Origin: Nitrosopumilus sp.
GTDB lineage: Archaea > Thermoproteota > Nitrososphaeria > Nitrososphaerales > Nitrosopumilaceae
Length of the DNA stretch: 64,000 bases
Direction: 5' to 3'
NCBI GenBank assembly: GCA_965238275.1
Contig: OZ250186.1
Location: 768,001 to 832,000, forward strand
The translations under genes were made by a program, and so were the position numbers. Shown one piece after another: positions 1 through 9,857 of the stretch. Position 1 is the stretch's first letter, and each line of letters begins with the position of its first letter. The notes beneath the pieces are model-generated. The model was given only the letters and a program-made list of their open reading frames with translations, did not search any database and was not told the DNA's origin.

Positions 1-324
1 GGTTTTGCAAAGACAACGCTTCCGGCGGTGGTGGACAGGGTCATGCCCCAGAGCGATCCTATGCAAATCCCGGGCTGGATAAAGAACAATGCACTGCTGT
101 GGTCCCAGGGACAGATTGACGATGGGACATTCATCGGCGCAATACAATATCTTATCCAGAACGGCATCATTACAGTATCCCAAACATCGCAGGATGATGG
201 ATCGCAGGACATTCCCGACTGGGTCAGAACCAATGCTGCATTGTGGGCAGGCGGGCAGATTGACGATGGCACGTTCGTCCTGGGCTTGGAGTTTCTTATC
301 CAGGCGGGGATAATCAACATCTGA
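1..324 (+). CDS. 3' end of a secreted/surface protein with thaumarchaeal C-terminal 'IPxW(I/V)K/R' tandem domains (partial)
   Basis: Frame open from base 1; two IPxWxxxNAxLWxxGQIDDGTF repeats. Confidence 0.75.
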   Translation, partial: GFAKTTLPAVVDRVMPQSDPMQIPGWIKNNALLWSQGQIDDGTFIGAIQYLIQNGIITVSQTSQDDGSQDIPDWVRTNAALWAGGQIDDGTFVLGLEFLIQAGIINI

Positions 325-474
325 GCCGGCACGGTTTGAATGACGCACCTGCACGGTAAACCATGAATCCTCCTCATATGCTGCCGGGAGAATCAGAACC
401 GTTCAGTCACCGGCGCGCAGTAACCATCCCAAAGGGATATCATATTAAGGCAAAAGATCCTATTGATAGATTAA

Positions 475-1707
475 TTGAAGACCATACACTTGGCCTGCCT
501 TGCAGGCATTGTCATTACAGGACTGCTCTACGCATCATTCCTTCAGATGGCAGATGCCCAGGTAGTCATACCGCCAGACGAGTATCTGGGGTACCATGAC
601 GCCCTCGGAATCTATACCGTAGTGGGCAATGTCAAGAATGAAGGCGACTTTGCAGTGATTCCGACCATTACCGTCTCCGTGACTGACGGCCCCACAATTG
701 TCTCTGAGACGATAAGGCACGTCCCGATACCGTCAAAAGGAGAGATCCCGTTCAAGGTAAAGTTTCCCAATCTCACCTCCGATGCCCCAATACTTGGAGA
801 ACCGGCAGTCACGTTTGAGAGGACAGTTGCTGACAGGATCCCAATTGACGTACTATATGACAGGACCCTGATAAAGCACGAGGACGGCCACATAACAGGA
901 AGGATACAGAACAACGGCGAACAGACCATCCACTATCCCAAGATCTTTGCCGTGGTTCACGGGTATGATGCGGTACTGGATATCGCCCAGAACATTGAGT
1001 TTATTGAAAGTATTGAGCCCGGACAAATTGTAGAATTCTCCATGTATCCTGATCCCGCGATTACCGAGGATGTCTTTTACTACAGCTGTTTTGGACCAAC
1101 CGACAGCACCGTGGTTCCGCTGACTGCCAAGAAGAACGGCGGAGACTTTAACTTCAGATACGACGCGGGCTCATGGTACTCTGGGCAGGCCTTTGACGAG
1201 GAGGGAACCACAATGACCCTCCGGGGCTACAACAGTTTTGCCTTTGAAACCTATGTCAACTTTGAGCTTCCGCCCATATCCGGAAACGAAGAGTTTGCAG
1301 TCACCGTAAACGACCAACCCATAGACTTTATCCAAAGCAAGGACGAATTGGGATTCTGGCATATTGCCTTCCCCGTCGAACCCATCTCGCAGGACATCAT
1401 AAGGATCTCAGGGTTTGAGAAGGGACTCCCACCAGCCCTGTCGCTTGTCCCCGAGTGGGTCAAACTTGGTGCTGCGTGGTGGGCTGCCGGAGAGATACCT
1501 GCAGGCGAGTTCCTTGAGGGAATCAATTTTCTGTTTGAAAGGGCGGTCATATCGGTCCCGTCGCGGGACATCATTGCAGAGTCACAGTGGACGGTTCCCT
1601 CGTGGGTGAAAGCGCCTGCCAAACTGTGGTCAGAGGACAGGATTACCGATGACGAGTTTCTGGCAATGATAGAATATCTTGTAGAAAAGGGCATAGTCGT
1701 AGCGTAG
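475..1707 (+). CDS. Secreted protein with thaumarchaeal C-terminal 'VPxWVK' domains
   Basis: N-terminal signal-like hydrophobic stretch; two C-terminal PxWVK..W repeats. Confidence 0.75.
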   Translation: MKTIHLACLAGIVITGLLYASFLQMADAQVVIPPDEYLGYHDALGIYTVVGNVKNEGDFAVIPTITVSVTDGPTIVSETIRHVPIPSKGEIPFKVKFPNLTSDAPILGEPAVTFERTVADRIPIDVLYDRTLIKHEDGHITGRIQNNGEQTIHYPKIFAVVHGYDAVLDIAQNIEFIESIEPGQIVEFSMYPDPAITEDVFYYSCFGPTDSTVVPLTAKKNGGDFNFRYDAGSWYSGQAFDEEGTTMTLRGYNSFAFETYVNFELPPISGNEEFAVTVNDQPIDFIQSKDELGFWHIAFPVEPISQDIIRISGFEKGLPPALSLVPEWVKLGAAWWAAGEIPAGEFLEGINFLFERAVISVPSRDIIAESQWTVPSWVKAPAKLWSEDRITDDEFLAMIEYLVEKGIVVA

Positions 1708-1788
1708 GTTTTGTGACCCAGGTTAGGCCACACCCTGAGACAACGGGTTCAAAAAATCTTATTATACAAATTTTCACCATGCAGTATC

Positions 1789-2568
1789 ATGTTCCCTCTG
1801 CGCGATGAGAATCCACATCCTCTAGGATTCAAGCCGAGGGTCACATATGCCCTGATGATAGCCAATATTGCAGTATTCTTCATGGAGGTGGCATATACCG
1901 GCCAGTTCTTTGATTTTACAAACAGGAACGCCTTTGACCTGTTCTACAGCTGGGGTGCCGTTCCGTACTGTGTCACAGGCGGGGATATCATAAGGATCGA
2001 CTTTGGCGCAGGCCCGATATCCGTATCGTGTCCTGCCATGCCGTACATCTCCCTGATAACCTCCACATTCCTTCACGGAGGCCTGATGCATCTGGGGGGC
2101 AACATGCTGTTCCTGTGGATATTTGGCGACAACATAGAGCAGAAGTTCGGGAAGCTAAAATATCTTGGAATCTATCTCCTGTGGGGGGTTCTTGCAGGAC
2201 TGGTTCACATATATGGCGATACCGGCAGCGCGACTCCCGCAGTCGGTGCATCCGGGGCCATCTCCGGAGTGCTGGGTGCATACCTGATTATATTTCCCAG
2301 GGCAAGGATCCAGACATTCCTGATGCTGGGATTCTTTTGGAGAATGATACACATTCAGGCAAGATGGTTCCTGCCGTTCTGGCTGGTTTTTCAGAACCTG
2401 CTTCCGTTCTTTATAGGAGGGTTTGGAGTAGCAGGTGGCGGCACGGCGTACCTTGCCCACATCGGGGGATTTGCAGTAGGTCTTGCAACCGGATACCTTT
2501 ACAAAAAGACGCACAGCTCCGAGAGCCTGTACGGGACGCGATACGGCTACAGGTCTGACTACCGGTGA
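1789..2568 (+). CDS. Rhomboid family intramembrane serine protease
   Basis: FLHGGLMHLGGNM, GASG catalytic Ser motif, AHIGG catalytic His. Confidence 0.93.
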   Translation: MFPLRDENPHPLGFKPRVTYALMIANIAVFFMEVAYTGQFFDFTNRNAFDLFYSWGAVPYCVTGGDIIRIDFGAGPISVSCPAMPYISLITSTFLHGGLMHLGGNMLFLWIFGDNIEQKFGKLKYLGIYLLWGVLAGLVHIYGDTGSATPAVGASGAISGVLGAYLIIFPRARIQTFLMLGFFWRMIHIQARWFLPFWLVFQNLLPFFIGGFGVAGGGTAYLAHIGGFAVGLATGYLYKKTHSSESLYGTRYGYRSDYR

Positions 2569-2838
2569 CTAAGCACCCTGACCTCGTTCAGGCATAGACA
2601 CGGTTTTGCAAGATGTCATGTATTTTCACGTCTATGTTGGCATTGGACCTAAATTCAATCCGCCCTTTGTAAACCGGTACCTGTTGTCCTTGCCGACGAA
2701 TCTGTTGTGCAGGCAAAGTTCAGTTTTTGCTTGGAGCAGATCGGCGGCTGATTCAGCATGAATTGGCCCCCATTAAATGGCATTGCAGTTTTTTTGTCAG
2801 GCGGGTACGTCATGATGTTCAGCCGACACGTACGAAGG

Positions 2839-3157
2839 CTACTTGGCAGATATGACCCCTTCATGCGCCTTTTGCATTACTTGGATGCTCAGTTCGCGAT
2901 CCAGATCTTTGAACCTCTGGAGAATGGTACTTTCGTCGTTCAGGGCGTACAACTGCGCCCTACCATACCTTCTTGTGGGTTTTAGGATCCCAAACTGCAT
3001 GAACTCGTCCCAGATCTTGTAAAACGTGGCCTTTGAAATGTTGGCGTACTCTATGATCTCCTTCTTGGAGTAGTCACTTCCCTTGTTGTCCAAAAAAAAG
3101 TCCAAGATCCGGAGTGCTTCCCATATGTTTGAGAAGCAGCGATTTGTCTTCTGTCAC
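2839..3157 (-). pseudogene. Small winged-helix DNA-binding protein, N-terminus apparently frameshifted
   Basis: RILDFFL...YSKKEIIEYANISKATFYK HTH; upstream GTG-TEDKSLLLKHMG lies in another frame (shift near 3115-3125). Confidence 0.55.
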
Positions 3158-3255
3158 AAGTTAAGGTTATTCTTAAAAGTATTTAAAAAAAATACTTAGG
3201 GATCTGTTAAGTTACAGGTACCTACGGATATGGTGAGTTTTGCCAGACCGTACTG

Positions 3256-3681
3256 ATGAAACTGGCCCATCCCAAAATGACTCAGTTTGACATGAACAAC
3301 CGGATAACGGTCTGGCGCAAAGAATTCAACCTGACCGGTACCTATAAGATTCACGAAGCCGCGTCCAAACAGGCATTCCAGGCTGTAACCAAGTTTCACA
3401 AGTCAAACCGCGTAAAGCATGGAAAACGGATCTGGCGCAAGAAACAGATCATGCTCGGCAAGACCAAAACGTACAAGCACAACAGGTGGACCGAGCCATC
3501 CAGCTTGATGAGGCGCGGCAAGAAAACAATCAGGCTGCGCTCGCTGAATTCCTGTGGACGGCCAAAACTGCGAGACAGTGGAGCCGTATTCCTGCCGGGA
3601 CTTGGAGAAGCAAGACTGTGCATAAAGATCCCCGAAGGCAGGGTGCCGAACGTCCGAGTATTTGCTTTATGGAAGGAGTGA
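3256..3681 (+). pseudogene. tnpB: Truncated tnpB fragment, paralogue of the N-terminal part of 60659-62179
   Basis: MKLAHPKMTQFD...HEAASKQAFQAV...RWTEPS...KIPEGR closely matches the intact copy; RuvC half missing. Confidence 0.88.
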
Positions 3682-3748
3682 ACTGTTACTAAACTCATAT
3701 TGATGCCTGATTAAAAAAATAAATTCCACATGCCGCCTCCGGAAGGTG

Positions 3749-3925
3749 ATGCCGCTGATTAAAGTATCAATGTATCCTGGCAGGACTCAGGAGCAGAAGG
3801 ATGCGTTTGCAAAGGCCGTAACAAGGTCTGCTGTAGACATTCTCAAGACCAAGGAGATCCATGTAATCGTCATCTTTGAGGACAATCCCCGGGAGAACTG
3901 GTTTCTTGCAGGAGACCAACTCTGA
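3749..3925 (+). CDS. 4-oxalocrotonate tautomerase family protein (58 aa, not in the ORF track)
   Basis: Manual translation MPLIKVSMYPGRTQEQKDAFAKAVT...VIFEDNPRENW; catalytic Pro1 and GRTxEQK motif. Confidence 0.9.
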   Translation: MPLIKVSMYPGRTQEQKDAFAKAVTRSAVDILKTKEIHVIVIFEDNPRENWFLAGDQL

Positions 3926-4015
3926 TTATTTTTAAACTACAAATGAATCCATTCCTGCGCGGCTATGGCCTTGCGCCGGCAGATTCTTTTTATTGCAATC
4001 TGACAGACATCCCTT

Positions 4016-4822
4016 GTGAAGGCAGCAGTAGTACAGTTCAAGGCATCGACTGACAAGGCGGCCAACCTCAAGAGGGTAGTCTCGTTTATCTCCAAGGCCG
4101 CATCAAATGGTGCTGCACTGTGTGCGTTTCCAGAGTTTATGATGTTTTATACTGATTCATCACAGACGCCAGGACAGCTTGCAGCCATGGCCGAGACTGT
4201 TGATGGAGACTTTGTAACTGCCCTCTCAAGGGCTTCCCGGGAGAACCACATCGACCTAGTAGGATCGTTTTATGAAAAGAGTGCAAGGAGAAACAGGGTG
4301 TATGACACGTCTGTCATAATAGACAGAACCGGCAGGATCGTCTCTACATACCGCAAGATCCATCTCTATGACGCCCTAGGATTCAAGGAGTCCAGAAAGA
4401 TGATGCCCGGCTCTGAGATTGCAAAACCTGTAAGGACATCTGTGGGAAGAACAGGCATGATGATCTGCTACGATCTGAGGTTTCCCGAAATGTCCCGCTG
4501 GCTTGCAGCCTCCGGCTCGGAGGTTATTGTGGCACCGTCTGCATGGGTTCGGGGGGATATGAAAGAAGAGCACTGGCTCACAATCAACCGGGCGCGCGCA
4601 ATCGAGAACGGATGCTATGTAATCGCACCGGACCAGGTAGGCAACATCTACTGCGGAAGGAGCCTGGTAGTCGATCCGTTTGGCAGAATACTGCTTGACA
4701 TGGGACAGAGACAGGGCATAGGATATGCCGATATCGACACGCAAAACGTGCAGAAGACAAGGAGGATACTGCCGCTGCTCAAGAACAGAAGAACCGATGT
4801 GTACCGCTCCCCGGATTGCTAG
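4016..4822 (+). CDS. Carbon-nitrogen hydrolase (nitrilase/Nit family)
   Basis: FPE, YRKIHL and ICYDLRFPE: Glu-Lys-Cys triad. Confidence 0.92.
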   Translation: MKAAVVQFKASTDKAANLKRVVSFISKAASNGAALCAFPEFMMFYTDSSQTPGQLAAMAETVDGDFVTALSRASRENHIDLVGSFYEKSARRNRVYDTSVIIDRTGRIVSTYRKIHLYDALGFKESRKMMPGSEIAKPVRTSVGRTGMMICYDLRFPEMSRWLAASGSEVIVAPSAWVRGDMKEEHWLTINRARAIENGCYVIAPDQVGNIYCGRSLVVDPFGRILLDMGQRQGIGYADIDTQNVQKTRRILPLLKNRRTDVYRSPDC

Positions 4823-5487
4823 GTTCTGCTGCTGCATACAATGTTTGAGCACTGTCTTGTCCAGCTCTGGATTCTTGTGTACCTGAAGATTATTACCGGC
4901 CACCTGCAGACATCGCATCTGCTCTTTGTTGCCCGGAGTTTTGCCTTCTGTAGCAACGGCGATGATGCCTTGCACCCGCCGTAAAAGTTCGAACATCCCA
5001 TGAACCGCTTTCCGGTTGTTCTTGATCTGATTACCATCAGCTCGCCGAGTCCGCATTCGGGACACTGCACAAGCCCCTTCTTTGGAAAGTTTGTCCCCAG
5101 AATCATATACTTTTTCTCCCTTGAGGACCATGACAGGTAGCCTGTGGGATCTAGATACTGCTGGATCTCCCTCTTGAAGCTTTCTGCTCCGGTCTTTGTA
5201 ATCTTTACAGTGTGTCTGGGAACAGCTCTGGGAGCGGCCCGCACCTTTGGTTTCTTTGTCATGGTACCTGCTCTGGGAGCGGCCCGCACCTTTGGTTTCT
5301 TTGTCATGGTACCTGCTCTGGGAGCGGCCCGCACCTTTGGTTTCTTTGTCATGGTACCTGCTCTGGGAGCGGCCCGCACCTTTGGTTTCTTTGTCATGGT
5401 ACCTGCTCTGGGAGCGGCCCGCACCTTTGGTTTCTTTGTCATGGTACCTGCTCTGGGAGCGGCCCGCACCTTTGGTTTCTTTGTCAT
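4819..5487 (-). CDS. Topoisomerase-type C4 zinc-finger protein with basic N-terminal repeats
   Basis: CPECG..FMGCSNF..C and CDVC..C zinc ribbons; six copies of a 15-aa K/R/P/A repeat. Confidence 0.8.
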   Translation of the reverse strand: MTKKPKVRAAPRAGTMTKKPKVRAAPRAGTMTKKPKVRAAPRAGTMTKKPKVRAAPRAGTMTKKPKVRAAPRAGTMTKKPKVRAAPRAVPRHTVKITKTGAESFKREIQQYLDPTGYLSWSSREKKYMILGTNFPKKGLVQCPECGLGELMVIRSRTTGKRFMGCSNFYGGCKASSPLLQKAKLRATKSRCDVCRWPVIIFRYTRIQSWTRQCSNIVCSSRT

Positions 5488-5493
5488 GGTACC
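5225..5493. repeat. Perfect 45-bp tandem repeat, six copies
   Basis: Unit GCTCTGGGAGCGGCCCGCACCTTTGGTTTCTTTGTCATGGTACCT, no spacers; encodes MTKKPKVRAAPRAGT on the minus strand. Confidence 0.97.
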
Positions 5494-5538
5494 GGTACTA
5501 CTAAAACGATTTTTATATGGACTCCGATCAGTGGCGAT

Positions 5539-6693
5539 GTGGAGAAGGTTTGCGTTCTTGGTGCAGGCAGCACCAAATATGGAAAACTCAACGACAGCAT
5601 CGCCGATATTACGACACAAGCCTCGGTAATGGCAATCGAGGATGCAGGCATTGATCCCAAGGAAGTCAAGGCAGCATACATCTCAAACGTCTTTGGTGTT
5701 GCAGACAAGCAGGTGCATCTTGGCCCGGTTCTGATGAGCAATCTTGGAATCTCGGACAGGCCGTCATTGTCCATCGAGTCTGCCTGTGGAAGTGGCTCTG
5801 TCTCATTTAGGGAGGCATACGCAAACGTTGCAGCCGGCTTTTATGACTGTCTGGTAGTTACCGGAGTGGAGAAGGTGACCCACACTGGAACCGAATGGAC
5901 CACAACATACTTTACATACTGTTCGGACTTTTTTTACGAGGGGCAGTCAGGCGCATCATTTCCGGGACTGTTTGCCTCGATGGCACGCGCATACCTGACT
6001 GAGTTTGATGCCACTGAAGAGGATCTGGCACGGGTCGCAGTAAAGAACCACAAAAATGGCATGCTCAATCCAAAGGCCCATCTGCAAAAGGAGATCACAC
6101 TTGATGACGTAATGAATTCGCCGGTGGTTGCAAGCCCGCTTAAGCTTTACGACTGCTGTCCCTTCTCTGACGGGGCTAGTTCTGTAATACTCTGTTCTGA
6201 AAAATTTGCAAGGGAGCAGGGGGGCAGCTACGTAGAGGTAATAGGTTCTGGCAGGGGAGGTTCGCCTGCAGCCCTACAGGGCCGGGATCGCCTGACCACA
6301 ATTCCAAGTACAAAGATCGCAGCAGAGGCTGCATACAAGATGGCCGGAATAACCCCTGAGGATATAGACTTTGCAGAGGTACACGACTGTTTTACAATTG
6401 CAGAGGTGGTTGACACTGAGGATCTGGGGTTCTTTGAGAAGGGCACAGGCTTCCAGGCAGTCCGCGAGGGCAAAACCGACCTGAACTCGGATATATCGAT
6501 CAACCCGTCTGGCGGTCTCAAGTCAAAGGGACATCCGATCGGAGCGACCGGCGTGGGTCAGGTAGTAGAGGTGTATGATCAGCTTACCGGGAGGGCAGGC
6601 AGGAGAACCGTCAAGGATGCCAGAATCGGTCTTACTCACAACTTTGGCGCAACCGGGGCAAGCTGTGCAGTCCATCTGTTCCAAGGAGTATGA
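5539..6693 (+). CDS. Thiolase (acetyl-CoA acetyltransferase)
   Basis: ESACGSG, EVHDCF and KGHPIGATG motifs; GTG start at 5539. Confidence 0.93.
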   Translation: MEKVCVLGAGSTKYGKLNDSIADITTQASVMAIEDAGIDPKEVKAAYISNVFGVADKQVHLGPVLMSNLGISDRPSLSIESACGSGSVSFREAYANVAAGFYDCLVVTGVEKVTHTGTEWTTTYFTYCSDFFYEGQSGASFPGLFASMARAYLTEFDATEEDLARVAVKNHKNGMLNPKAHLQKEITLDDVMNSPVVASPLKLYDCCPFSDGASSVILCSEKFAREQGGSYVEVIGSGRGGSPAALQGRDRLTTIPSTKIAAEAAYKMAGITPEDIDFAEVHDCFTIAEVVDTEDLGFFEKGTGFQAVREGKTDLNSDISINPSGGLKSKGHPIGATGVGQVVEVYDQLTGRAGRRTVKDARIGLTHNFGATGASCAVHLFQGV

Positions 6694-6694
6694 C

Positions 6695-7060
6695 ATGTCC
6701 GTAAAGGAGAGTCTTATTGAGAACGCAAGACAGGGAAATATTCTTGTCCACAAATGCGCCGCGTGTGGCAACCTGCATCTCTCTACTGTCTATTTCTGCC
6801 AGGGATGCGGTAGCAAGGGCTTTGAGGATGTCATACTGGCAGGCACCGGCTCTGTTGTTACCTATACGATAATCACCGTGCCCCCTACAGGCTTTGAGGA
6901 GTATACCCCGTATGCCTTTGTCGTGCTTGGGCTGGACGACTCTGATCTGAGAATATCCGGATTCATGGCAGGAATAGCGACACCTGCGGATCTTCCGGTA
7001 GGGGCCCGGGCCAGGGTTGTAGGCTATGATCAGCGTGGCATTCTGATTGAAAAGCAGTAA
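6695..7060 (+). CDS. DUF35 Zn-ribbon/OB-fold protein, thiolase partner
   Basis: CxxCG..CxxCG followed by G.V..YT OB fold; directly follows the thiolase. Confidence 0.9.
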   Translation: MSVKESLIENARQGNILVHKCAACGNLHLSTVYFCQGCGSKGFEDVILAGTGSVVTYTIITVPPTGFEEYTPYAFVVLGLDDSDLRISGFMAGIATPADLPVGARARVVGYDQRGILIEKQ

Positions 7061-7129
7061 AATTATTTGTCCTGATTATTAAAAAGAATCAGACCAGCTT
7101 TTAATTATTCCAGGCATGCGATGATCTTC

Positions 7130-7291
7130 ATGTCAGTAGAGATTACATGCGGCAAGTGCGGAGAGCAGATTGTGCGGATGAAGATGCTAAAACCGCTCAA
7201 GAATATTCTGAATTCGTCAGGGGGAAAGTGTCCTTCATGCGGCCAGAAACTCTCCACATCCGAGTTCTCCCTTGACATCCAGGATGTCTGA
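7130..7291 (+). CDS. Small zinc-finger protein (53 aa, not in the ORF track)
   Basis: MSVEITCGKCG...GKCPSCGQKL. Confidence 0.75.
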   Translation: MSVEITCGKCGEQIVRMKMLKPLKNILNSSGGKCPSCGQKLSTSEFSLDIQDV

Positions 7292-7374
7292 CACCATTAT
7301 TCCCTGAAACCCCTGCATTCTATGTCAAAATGAATTGACACTATGTTTATTTACTTTCACATCAAGATATTCTT

Positions 7375-9483
7375 GTGGACGACGACGACGTAGAACCGAA
7401 GAGGAGCGGCATACTCAAATCCACCTCAAAGCGTGTAAGGATGATCTTCTCCGTCATGGCAAGTCCCAACCGGATCGATATTCTTCGAATCCTTAACTCC
7501 AAGGGCCCCCTGACTTACTCTGAACTAAAGTCGCTTGCCGGATTCAAATCAAAAAAAGAGAGCGGCAAGTTTGCATACCACCTGAGAAAATTGCTCCGGC
7601 AGTCACTTGTGGCACTCAACAAATCCGAAAGACGTTACACCATTACCAATCTGGGAAAGCTGGTGCTGAGCTTGGCACGGCAGATCGAGGAGAGATCCAT
7701 CATTGAGAGCGGAAAGATGTACGTCAGGACATCGCACAACTCGTTTGAGGAGTTTAATCCCTACAAGATAGTCCAGTCGCTGGTTCGCGAGGGGAACCTT
7801 CCACTGGAATTGGCTCAGAAGATTACCGAGGAGGTGGAGAACCGCATCTACAAGTATCAGACCACCTACCTTACAGGCTCGCTTATCCGAGAGCTGGTCA
7901 ACTCCGTCTTGCTTGAGCACGGCCATGAGGAGTACCGGGGCAGGCTTGCACGCATGGGCATACCGCTTTACGACATGAATGAAATGATCTCCAATCTGGA
8001 GGGAATGAACAACGGAGTAGAGGACCTCCAGTTTGCCATCAGCCAGAAGGTTCTTGCCGAGCAGCTTATCTCAAGCACACTGCCCAAGGATCTGGCAGAC
8101 TCGCACCTGTCCGGCGATCTGCACATTACCAATCCCGGAGCCTGGTCGCTGATTCCTGACACCATCTTTGTCAACATCAAGGAGATCTTTGAGGACGGGG
8201 TAAACCTTGGCGGCAAGTACCTTGACGTGCCCAGGGTTCCATCATCCGGGCAGCTTGGCAATCTTGCAATCTCGCTTTCAATCATGATATCCCTTCTCTC
8301 AAAAGAGGCGTCCCGGGAAGTAGTACTTGACGGACTGGTCGCGCTGTTTGCCAACCACAGCTCCGCCCCGGATCTCGAACAGAACATTACCAATGCGTTT
8401 GTGGCCGCATCCCCCACATCAAAACATAATGACCCAGGCACTGTAGTCTCAGTCAGACTTCAGCTGGGCTCTGACCCGGAGACGACTGCTGCCATAATCG
8501 GTGCATACAAGAACTATACAAGGATTACACCGACTCCAAAGATAGGTCTCATAATTGACTATGGCAAGGAGGCAGTCTCCGGCGTCTCCGGTCAGATATC
8601 TGAGATAATACTGCTCGGGGGACGGGTCAGTTTTATCAACGGACACATGTCAAGCTCTGGGCTGGCCACCGGCTCCAAAAGGAACCACGGACCGGTATCA
8701 GTGGCGCTCCAGTCCGTCTCGATCAATCTTCCGAGACTTGCATTCGAATCAAACAAGGACGAGACCTACTTTCGGGCAAGACTTGCGCTGCTGATGAAGC
8801 CGGCTCTTGCGGCAATGGCGCTAAGAAAGAAGGGCATTCTGGATCTTACCAGGAAGGGACTCCACCCAATTCTTGCACAGAACATCCAGTTTATGCAGAG
8901 GAATTCCGTATCCCTGATCATAAATCTGGTTGGACTCAAGGAGGCGGTATTTGGTATTCTGGGATACAAAAACGACAAGGAAGGCCGCGAGATCCTTCAA
9001 AAGGTAATTACGACTGCAGTGGACGTGGGCAACAAGAGCGGCAAGGATCTGGGCGATCCAGTCTTTGTATGCATGATTGATACTGACAGCTCGGCGCGTT
9101 TTGCAGGGCTGGACGGCGAAAAGTACGGCAAGAATTCAGTCATTGGCTCCCCGGAGGACAGCTCCTACTCCCAGGGAGTGACAATCAATGCATCTGAAAT
9201 CCACCAGTACACCGGCAGAAGCGAGCCGATATCCGAATCCAACAGGTTCTCAAGGTTCCTCAATGGGGGCGTGTCCATTACACTGCAGATTGACAGGGAT
9301 GCCGGGTACGAGACAGTCAAGGATTCCATAGAGAAGATGTCAGAGCTTGTCTCTCACTTTCGGCCCGTCAAGGACATCGTAATGTGCAACGAATGCGGCT
9401 TCAAGGATGAGCCGTTTGAGGACAGGTGCCCAAGATGCAATTCTCGTTACACCGCCTCAAACCAGAATGATTTCGGGGACTGA
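7375..9483 (+). CDS. ArsR-type HTH + ATP-cone + degenerate class III RNR (NrdD)-like protein
   Basis: N-terminal HTH (RIDILRIL..LTYSEL..AYHLRKL); ATP cone (VRTS..EEFN..KI); HLSGDLHI and VSINLPRLA NrdD motifs; terminal CxxC..CPxC without a glycyl-radical motif. Confidence 0.8.
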   Translation: MDDDDVEPKRSGILKSTSKRVRMIFSVMASPNRIDILRILNSKGPLTYSELKSLAGFKSKKESGKFAYHLRKLLRQSLVALNKSERRYTITNLGKLVLSLARQIEERSIIESGKMYVRTSHNSFEEFNPYKIVQSLVREGNLPLELAQKITEEVENRIYKYQTTYLTGSLIRELVNSVLLEHGHEEYRGRLARMGIPLYDMNEMISNLEGMNNGVEDLQFAISQKVLAEQLISSTLPKDLADSHLSGDLHITNPGAWSLIPDTIFVNIKEIFEDGVNLGGKYLDVPRVPSSGQLGNLAISLSIMISLLSKEASREVVLDGLVALFANHSSAPDLEQNITNAFVAASPTSKHNDPGTVVSVRLQLGSDPETTAAIIGAYKNYTRITPTPKIGLIIDYGKEAVSGVSGQISEIILLGGRVSFINGHMSSSGLATGSKRNHGPVSVALQSVSINLPRLAFESNKDETYFRARLALLMKPALAAMALRKKGILDLTRKGLHPILAQNIQFMQRNSVSLIINLVGLKEAVFGILGYKNDKEGREILQKVITTAVDVGNKSGKDLGDPVFVCMIDTDSSARFAGLDGEKYGKNSVIGSPEDSSYSQGVTINASEIHQYTGRSEPISESNRFSRFLNGGVSITLQIDRDAGYETVKDSIEKMSELVSHFRPVKDIVMCNECGFKDEPFEDRCPRCNSRYTASNQNDFGD

Positions 9484-9857
9484 GGTATCATTAAAATTGG
9501 ATTGTTATGAGTTTAATGATAGTAGTACCATTCATATGGCATCTGCCGTCTATCATGGCATGATGGATAAATTTACATATAAACCTAAGGTATAATTATA
9601 CCCAATTCTCATATTATTTTTCATACCAATACGACAAAAGTTGGAACGGTGTACCCATAACCAATAATACCGTAAATTCGTGCCTAGATCCGACCCACTA
9701 TGCTGGCTGTGCCTTGACTAGGTTCATTAGAGTGTACAGTATATATCTGTGTCCAATAGTTATTCATGTACGTAATCATCTTTTTCTTAACTTAGTGTAT
9801 TATGTAAACACAATTAAAATTTATAACCATATAGATCCAAGGGCTTGTGATGTTTCG

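Noticed and set aside
5225-5493. Possible CRISPR array
   Set aside because: Units are contiguous with no unique spacers, are a multiple of 3 and lie in frame in a CDS; no cas genes nearby.
5212-5538. Cys/His-rich N-terminal extension of the thiolase in the ORF track
   Set aside because: Antisense reading of the 45-bp repeat; thiolase homology starts at GTG 5539.
9484-9857. Cobalamin riboswitch upstream of nrdJ
   Set aside because: AT-rich region with no recognisable B12-box or conserved stems.
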